Positions 30,685 to 39,700 of a stretch of DNA of 64,000 bases are shown in pieces. The translations under genes were made by a program, and so were the position numbers. Within the stretch, counting starts at the first letter, position 1. Each line of letters starts with the position of its first letter. Source of the DNA: Anaerolineaceae bacterium. GTDB lineage: Bacteria > Chloroflexota > Anaerolineae > Anaerolineales > Anaerolineaceae. Under the pieces are notes generated by a model, which had not been told where the DNA came from, made no database searches, and was given only the letters and a program-made list of their open reading frames with translations. The stretch covers positions 5,186 through 69,185 of the forward strand of contig JADLFQ010000018.1 in assembly GCA_020845515.1 (NCBI GenBank), given 5' to 3'.

Positions 30685-30721
30685 CCCTCCCCCGATTTTT
30701 GGAGGAGGGCCGGGAGGGGAG
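30685..30721. repeat. GC-rich hairpin element, fourth copy, inverted orientation
   Basis: The reverse complement CCCCTCCCGGCCCTCCTCCAAAAATCGGGGGAGGG matches the 4264-4299 copy. It sits between convergent stops and could act as a bidirectional terminator. Confidence 0.55.
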
Positions 30722-30739
30722 AAGCTCCCAGAAATTTTT

Positions 30740-33700
30740 TTACTCCGCTTCGATCTTCACCTGAACGGCGCGCACCACCGTGCGCCAGGCGTAAGAATTA
30801 TTCTTTTCATCGTAGCCCTGGCAGGTGATCAGCGTCAGCCACGGTTTCGCCTCATGGCGCAGCGGGCGCAGGTCGGACGGTGCAGTCCAGTACACTTCGC
30901 GCACCTCATAGATGTACTTTGAGCCAAACGCCTGGATGATGATCCGGTCACCCCAGTGCAGGTTCTTCAGGTTGATGAAGGGGCCGGGCATGCCATCGGC
31001 ACGGTAGACATGTGCGGTCAGGCCGCTGTTGCCCTCCCAGGTTGGGAAGGCGGTGCCTTCCAGGTATCCCACCTGCCCGTTCAGCCAGGTCAGATCCCAA
31101 GCTTCGGCGCCATACGGTACGCCGACGATCTGCGACCATACTCCCAGCGCCGGGATCGAGAGGCTCATTCCGCTCATCTGGTCATAGGCACGGTCTGGCG
31201 GCTGAGCCGCGAGCGGCGTGACACGCCCGGGCGCAAAGCCGGTTTTGGGCAGTTCTTCCGGCAGGCTGATGGTTGCCTGGGCGCTGACGTAGTAAATGTC
31301 GGCAGGGTGGGCGGGGTCGTAATGGCGCTCATGTGCGTGTATGTTGTGCGTGGAAAGCGGCGCAGAAACATCGCCGGGCAGACTGCTCCAAGCCACGCTG
31401 GCGGTGTTGACCACAGAAGATCCGTTGGGGAAGCTATCCACCCGCGCCTGGAAGGTTAACAGCGCCTCTGTGGGTGTGCCCGAGGTTGAGAGCGGGAACA
31501 CAGGCCATTCGACCACCAGCCGGGATAGATTGGAATCGTTCACTGTTCCGGCGGGGCCGCTGGCAATTTGCAGGGAACCGGGAATGTACGTCAGGCCCAT
31601 TGGGATTGGGTCAGTCAGGATGACATCGAAGGCATCCATTGTGCTGCCAGGAAGCTGGGCGACGCGCAGGCTGAAGGTGACGATGCTGCCGACCATGGCG
31701 ATGGGGGTGTTGACAACCTTGACCAGCCCGAGCGCCGGTTCGACGATTTGCACCGGTGCAGCGGACTTTTGCAGCGGCAGTGCGCCATCCCATGTCCAGA
31801 CTGCGGTGTTGGTCAGGCTGCCACCCGCCTGGTTGCCGAGCACGTCCAGTACAGCCACGCGGTAACGGATGAGCAAATGCTCTTCCGCCCCTGTATTGGT
31901 TAAACTGCCAAAGTTGAGCGTCATGCGGCGGCCAGGGCTGGTATCGGCGGCGTAAGCCGGGTTGGCGGGATCCGGCACGGAGGTGATTGCAGCCGCGCTG
32001 CACACCGCGGAAAGGTCTGTGAGGGGAAGACCCGCGCCGAGCGTATACGAGAGATTGCTCGGGGCGGTATCCGAAACAAGACTGTCGCAGCCGATGAACG
32101 CCAGCCCCGGATCGAGGGTGTCGGTCATTACGAGGTTGTCCATCGTCCCGGTGGGGACGGTGAACCGCACCTCGTAGGTGAAGACTTCGCCGATGGCCGC
32201 ATTGGGCGTGGTGGTGTTGGCGCCGGGCGTGTCTGCGGCGATGATTTTGGTCAGGTCGGTATTGGGCAGGGTGACCAGTGCGTCGGTATCTGTTGCGGTG
32301 TTGTCGGTGGGGTTACCGTCCGGGCCGTTGCTGCCATCGTCTGCGATGCTTGCGGTATTGGCGATGCTGGTTGCACCTGCTGTTACCGGACTATCCACGG
32401 TTACGGCAAAGAGGATGGCGGGTGCAGCGGTATATCCGGCCAGGCTTGAGATGGTATAGGAACACACCGTGCCGGCGGGATCACCGTTGGCACAGCCAGT
32501 CCAGCCGGGGGAGCTTCCTGCGGCATTGAAAGTGGTTTCGGCGGGGACGGTTTCGGTGATGGTGATGCCCGCCGCTTCCTGTGTGCCGTCGTTGCGCACC
32601 TGGATGGCATAGACCAGCGCAGAGCCGGGGGTTACCGCGCTGACGCCGTTGCTCTTGGTTATGACGAGATCGGGGGCGGCGTCCAGTGTGGTGGTGGTAT
32701 CGTCCTCGTTGTCTGCCGGGGTGGGTTCGTCGCCGTGCGTGCCGTCATCGTTGATTTTGACATGGTTATCGGTTTGGGTGATACCGGCAGGCAGCGGGTC
32801 AATCACGTTGACCGCAAAGACGGCGGTCAGGCCTGTTGCTGCGGCGGGGACGCTCGCGATGGTTAACTGGCAGGCGGTTCCGGCAGGTGAACCGTTCGCG
32901 CACGACCAGCCGGAGGTACTGGCGGCGGTGTTGAAGGTTGTGTGTGCCGGTACGGTCTCATGGATGATCACGCCCGTTGCAGCCAGTGAGCCGGAATTTC
33001 CGTAGGTGATTGTGTAAGAAATGGTGCTTCCGGCGGCTGCCGGGCTGCCGGCGAGGCCGTCGTCCTTGCTTATGCTCAAATCTACATTGGTAAAGGTCAG
33101 GTCTTGCGTGCTGCTGGCGGAGTAATCATTTACGCCGCCGCTGCCGGTGCGCTCGTTGGCATCCGCGCCGGGGAGCGAGGTCCAATTTACGGAAGCGGTG
33201 TTGGGCAGGGCGCCGCCGATCGCCGGGGCTGGGGTTGCCAGTTGGGTGTCAAAGGTGACGACAAGCTGGCAGCCAAGCGGCAGGCTGGCGGCGCGCACGT
33301 CAACGAGTTGGCCGGAACTGTTGGTGGTATCCACGCCTGTGGCACAACCTCCCGGTACGGAAGATGAGGCAATATTGACGGGAGCGAGGAAGACCGCATT
33401 GAGTGTATCGCTGATGATTACGTCGAAGGCGTTTGCATGGCTGTTGGCGTTATGGTTCACCGTCAGGTTGTATGTGATTGTCTCGCCCAGCACCGGGCTG
33501 GCTGTACTGGCGGTTTTTTGGATCGCCAGAAGGGGTTCAACGACGTTTGCCTGGGCGGTTGAGGCGGGAGTGGTGATGCTGCCAACTTCGAGATATGCGG
33601 AGTTGACCAGCGCCGTCCCGTCCTGGCTGCCAGCCTCATTTAAGACTGCCGCCTGGAAACGGATGATGAAGGAATTATCGGTGTCGTTGTTGTTGGCAGT

Positions 33701-36700
33701 GACAACAGTTGAGCCGATGGTGATATCGAGGTCATCGCCGCTGCCCACCGGCGGGGCGACGGGGGTCACGGTGACAGTCCCGACCGTACCGGCAAAGCCG
33801 GTGGTATCCACCTGTACGGAGCCGACCACGAACTGCAAGCCAGCCGGCAGGTCGTCGGGGATGTGCAAGGAGGGTGTTGTGCCTTCCGGCAGAGTTATTT
33901 GCAGGGCAAAGGTGATTGTCTCGCCGATGGCAACGGAGGGATCCACTGTGTGGGGCGCCGAGGTCAGCGCGATTGACTTGCTGAAGAGCGGATCGGAGAT
34001 GGTGAATGAGGTGCCGTCGGCGGCGGCGTAGTCGTTCAGGGCGCCGCCAGGGCCGTCGCCTCCGTTGCGCTCATTTGGATTGCCGCCCGGTGTAGATGTC
34101 CAGGTGACATCGCCGGTGTTGGCAATCAGTTGCGCCGGGGTTACGCTCTGGTTGAGGGTGACGCTGTAGGTGATGACCACACTGCTCCCGGTGGTATTGG
34201 GGATGGATCCGATCAGCACGTTTACGACAGAGGCGGTGGAGTTATCGGTTACCCCCAGGGCACCGCCGTTAAGGGTTGCGCTGACTGAGCCGGGGACGAG
34301 CGTCACCGCAGCGGGAAGAGTATCAAGGAAATGAACGTCAAAAGCGGCGGCTGTGCTGCCAGAAGCCGGAGCGAGTGTCACCCGGTAGGTGACCGTATCG
34401 CCCGCGTCGGGGGTGACGTCAATTGAGGCGATCTCTTTGTCAATTGTCAAGACCGGTTCGACAATGTAGAAATCGTCGCTATCCATGCTGCTGCGCGATG
34501 TTCCGCCCTGGCTTGTGTAGGTTAATTCCACTTCGTTCACCAAGTGGCTGCCGTTGGCGTTGGCGTTGACGTTGGCGACGATGGCGTCATATTCAATGGT
34601 GATCGTCGGGGTGGAGACGACCGTATCGCCGAAATCCCAGGTGAGCGTCACCGCGGCGCTGCCGTCATTTGGGCTGGAGGCGGTGAAGGTTGCTGCGCCG
34701 ATGCCGGACGAGACCGTCTGGCTGCCGGCGTCATAGATTAATCCGGCCGGGAGGGTATCCACTACTTTGGCGTCTTGCAGGGTGCCGAGCGGGCTGGTGA
34801 TCGTCAGGGTGATGTGTACTTTGCCGCCGATTACTTCCTGCGTCACACCGCCATCGTCTTTGCTGATGGTTGCGCCGGTGGAGGTGACGGTGGCGGTTGC
34901 CGTGTCTTGCGTGCCGTCCACGCCGGGGCGGGAGACACTGTCATTGTAGATGCGCCCGCCGCCGTCACGCGATGCCCAGTCGGCGTCAACTGTGTTGGTG
35001 TAGTCACCGTCGAGTGTTATGTTACTCTGGATGTTGACTGTGTAGATGCACTGGATGTATCCGCCGACCGGGATGTCCCAGCTTCCGGCGGGGCTGCCCT
35101 GCAGGGTCAATACCGCGCCTGCCTGACTGGCTTGAGAAGGCACGGCCACACTGGTTTGATTTACGCATGAAGTCAGGGCGTTAAACTGGAAGCCCGCCGG
35201 CAAGGTATCCTCGGCAATCACGTCGTGGGCGATTGCCGTGCCGGTGTTGGCGAAGCGCACAGTGTAGGTCAGGGTATCTCCTGCCTGCACGCCCGTGGCG
35301 GGCACAACCGATTTGGTGGTTGTGATGATGGACTCTGTGATGGTGGAAAAGGCGCTGCTGATCTGGCGCGGGGCAGCGGTGTCGTCGGCAAAATGGTGGT
35401 CCAGCCAGACTTCGTTGACCAGGTTGGTACCGTTTACATTGGAGGTGACATCTGCGACGCGCGCCGAATAGATTATTGTAGCGTTGGCGAGGGTCTTTTC
35501 GGCGTCACCGAAGTTCCAGGTTACGGTCACCGGCGCCGAGCCGTCGTTCGGAGCGCTGACGGACGGGGTGGCGGCTGGCAGGCCGTTGATGACCGCGTCG
35601 TTGTTGTAGACCAACCCTGCCGGAAGATGGTCAGTGACGGCTGCACTGCGCAGCGTACCCATAGGGCCGCTGATGGTCAGCGTGAAGGTGATGGTATTGC
35701 CCACAACCGTCTGGGTTACACCGCCGTCGTCCTTGGTGATGGCCGGCGCGGGGGAGGTGAAGACCGCCGAGGCGGTATCCTGCGCGCCGTCCACGCCGGG
35801 GCGGGAGACGCTGTCGTCATAATGGCGCCCGCCGCCGGTGTTCAACGAGTACCAGTCGGCGTCTATGGTGTTGGTGTGTGCGCCGTGGAGGTGCAGGCTG
35901 TTTTGCGCCACTGCGGGGTACGTACATTCGATGTAGGCGTTCGCTGCCGTTGCGGGCAAATCCCACGAACCGGCCGGGATGCCGTCAAAGGTTATGGTAT
36001 TTCCGGCGGCTGCCGCGGCAGCCGGGATGGGTGTAGAAACCGCACCATCGAAGAAGGTGCAGACGCCGCTGAAGGCGGCGGTGTTAAAGGCAACGCCTTG
36101 CGCCAGGGTGTCTTGTGCGGTCACATCGTAGGCTGTGGCGCTTCCGGTGTTGGTGAAGCGCACGGTGTAGGATAGGGCATCCCCTGCCTGCACACCTGTG
36201 ACGGGTGCAACCGACTTGGTGGTTGTGATGACAGGCTCGACAATCGCCGCGGTTACCGGGGCGGATGTGGCTGTCGTGCCGGTGGCGGTGACGGTGAAGT
36301 CGTTGTTTTTGAGCGCCGCGTTGGCGTTGACGATGTTGTCCGTCACCAGCGCGTCGAACTCGACGATCAGGTATTCGTCGTCCGTATCATTGGAAAGGTC
36401 GTTGTTAACAATGTCATCGAGGGTGATGGTCACCACCTGTCCTGCCACGGAAACCCGCGCTGCGGGAACATCAAAGGTGGGCGGTACGGCATCGTTATCT
36501 GCGCCTGCCAGGTCGGCGGCTTCGGTGATGTCCTGGTCAGCGACAAAGGAGAGCTTCGGGTTGCCGGCGTAGGAAAAGCCCGCCGGGAGGGTGTCTGTGA
36601 GGATGGTTGACTGGAAGGTGCCCTGCGGCAGTGTGACTGCCAGGCGATAACGCACGGTCTCGCCGATGGTCAGGCTGGCACCTGTGGTGCCGCTGTCGGA

Positions 36701-39700
36701 GCTGGCGACGATGGATTTGATTGCCGAGAAATCGGGTGCGGTCACTGAAGCGGCCGCGCTGGTTTTGTAATCATTCTGCGCGCCCGGGCTCACGCCGTCG
36801 CGCTCACCGGTATTGCTCCCGCTTGCGCCGGGGGTCACCGAGCTGGTGGGGTTGGCGGGTGTGCCGTTCGGGCCGGGCAGGCTGGTATAGGTCAGGTTGG
36901 CAGTGTTGTCAAGCACATCGGAGGCGGTGATGGTGTACAGGATCAGAGCCGGGTAAGTGATGATCACCTGGCAGTTTACCGGCACGCTGGCAATTGTGAT
37001 GTCAATATTGTTGCCTGCTGATGTGCTGGTATCCACACCTGTGGCGCAGTTCGCCGGGGTGCTGGTTACGTTCAGGGCGCCGAGGCTGGCCGCCATTTTT
37101 GCCGGGACGATATCGGTGATGTGGACATCGAAGGCAGTTGTGTTATAGGCGGCGTTGGCGTTGGAGAAGGTCAGCGTGTAGGTGATCGTATCGCCAGCCT
37201 GCCCAACTGCGGGCACAGCCGTCTTGGTGAGGTTGGTGATTGCAGGCTCAACAATACGGTGGTACGTGTTATTGGAGTATCCACCCACCTGTACAAGGCT
37301 GCCGGAAGCGTTGTTGGCATAAATACGGAAGCGGTTGAATTGGGTTTCGTTGGCGTCATTGCTGTTTGCGCCACCGTAGTTGTCCACCAGTGCGTTGAAC
37401 TCCACGATGACGTACTCGGCATCGGCATCGTTGTCATTGTTGACCAGGCTGCCGAGCTTGATGTAGGGGTCGCTGCTGCTGACAAACAGGTCTGTGCCGT
37501 CATTGCTTGAACTATTGGTCAGGCTCAGGTTATTGTCCGCTAAAACACTGCAATTTGCCGGAATGGCGGGCGTCAGGCCGTTCGCCGTGCTGCCAGTGAT
37601 CTGACAGTTTGGGTCGGTCACGCCGGGGATGGGAAGGGCGCCATAGGAAGAGGAGGTGATGCCCCCGTTTGAGACAAAGACCGCCTTGGCGGTGTTGTCA
37701 TCGAGAAAGACCAGGCCGTTTGGCAGGGAATCGAGGATTTGGAAGTTGCTGCTGGTGCCTTCGGGCAGGCTGACGACCAAACGGTAGCGGATGATCTCGC
37801 CAATTGCGACCGGTACGGCGCTGGCAGGGGTGGTGGGCTGGTAGGGGGCGACCGGGCCGGCGGTGTGGGCTTCGGAGGTTTGTACCAGATATTTGCTTGG
37901 CTGTGCCGACGCGATGGTCACATTTACCGTACTGGAGGCGTTGTAATCGTCCCAGGCTGTGCCACTGCCGCGCCGTTCGTCCGAAGCGGTGTTTTGGGTG
38001 GAACGGTCGTTTATATCCCCGTCGAGGCTCGTCCAGTCGACGCGGGCGGTGTTGGCCAGCACCTGCCCGGGGATAACGCAGTACGCCATTGTTCCACTGA
38101 CGCGGATGGTGATCAGCCGCCCCGCAGTGCGGGGCAGGTCGAAGCTGCCGCCGCTGGGGGTGCGCAGCGTCCAACCGGCGGCGTTGCCGCCAGCCAGTTC
38201 AAAATTTGCGGCAGTCACCAGCCCGGCTGTGTCGGCAACCGTCAGGGCGGCAACCGGGTCGCTGATGTTCAGGGCGGAAGCGCCGCCCGCACTGCAACGC
38301 GGCAGAGCGTCGCTGAAGGTGACGTCCAAGGCGTCTGTTTGACTGCCGGCGGCGTGCGCCAGCGTGATGGTGTATTCCACCGGGTCGCCTGCGTCGGCAG
38401 TGGCTGGGTTAACGGTCTTAACCGCCGCCAGGGTGGGTTCGATCACGGTGATCCCCGGCGCGGAAACGGGTCCTGCGGAAGCCGCGACTGTGCTGCCATC
38501 CGCGTCGAGCGTGTTCCAGTCAATGCGCACCGAGTTGCTCAGCACACTGCCGCTCTGGTTGCTGCTGACGTTTAACACAACCGCGGTGTATTCAAAGGTG
38601 AGGGTTTCGTCTATGCCGGTGCTGTTGGCGGTATTGGTGACCGTACCGAGCGCCCAGGTGAGCGTCTGACCGTTGTTTGTGATGGCTGGCGTGGTGCTGC
38701 CACTTACCGTGAGGTTTGCCGGGTCCGACAAAGTAACTGAATCCTGCCGGACAAAGGCCAGGCCGGCGTCGAGCGTATCCACAATGACCGTATCCGGGCT
38801 GCTGCCTTCGGGGATGGTCATTGTCAGACGGTAGCTGACCAGTTCGCCGATGACGGCTTGTGTGGCGCTATTCTGGGCATTGTTCAATTCAGTGCCGGTG
38901 ACGATCTTGGCGAGTGCGGGATTTGCAATCGTGCTGTTGGCGCTGTCTTCGATGGGGATATCAACGTAGTTGTCGCCGCCCTCGGAGCCGGAGTAGTGGG
39001 TGATCTGACCTTTGTTCTCCAGCAATTGCCCCGGCGCGACGTCGGGTTTGACCATCAGATCGTAGGTGATGAGGATAACGTTCTTGCCGTTGGTGGTGTC
39101 GTGTCCCTGGCAGGCGCCTTTGCCGTATTCCGGGTCGCCCGGCGGGAGCACCGGATCGTTGATGCGGATGCCCTGGTCGAAGAAATCCAGCGGGGTGTTG
39201 CTTGCGCCCATGTATTGCAGGCTGGAACCTGTGCCGTCATCCAATGCGACGCCGTCGCCGCGGTAGATCTGCAAGTTGAACCCGCCCAAGCCGATGGCTG
39301 GAACGGGGATCATGTACCCGGCGGGGAGAATATCGCGCACGGTGATATCGAACGCGCCGTTCAGGCCTGAACCTGTGTTTTCGATGACGATGGCAAACTT
39401 AACCAGGTCGCCGCCGTCAATGCCTCCGATGCCGCTGCCGAGCGGGTTGGCGGCCAGATAGACCGAGTTGAGCGGGCTGCCGGTGTTCCAGGGGGCGCCG
39501 ATGGAGCCGGGTGTGCTGAAGACGATGGGTGCGGGAATCGGCGGGTTGGGAACAACGCCGGCGTGATCGGTGGAGATGACGCTCTTGCTGCCGACCAAAA
39601 CGGGCTCGGTCAGGGTTACGTCCATGAAGGTGTTCTGCGAGGAAAGCGAGCCAGGGCTGTTGGCATCCTGTTGGAGGACGCTGTTGCGCATCTTCAGGCC

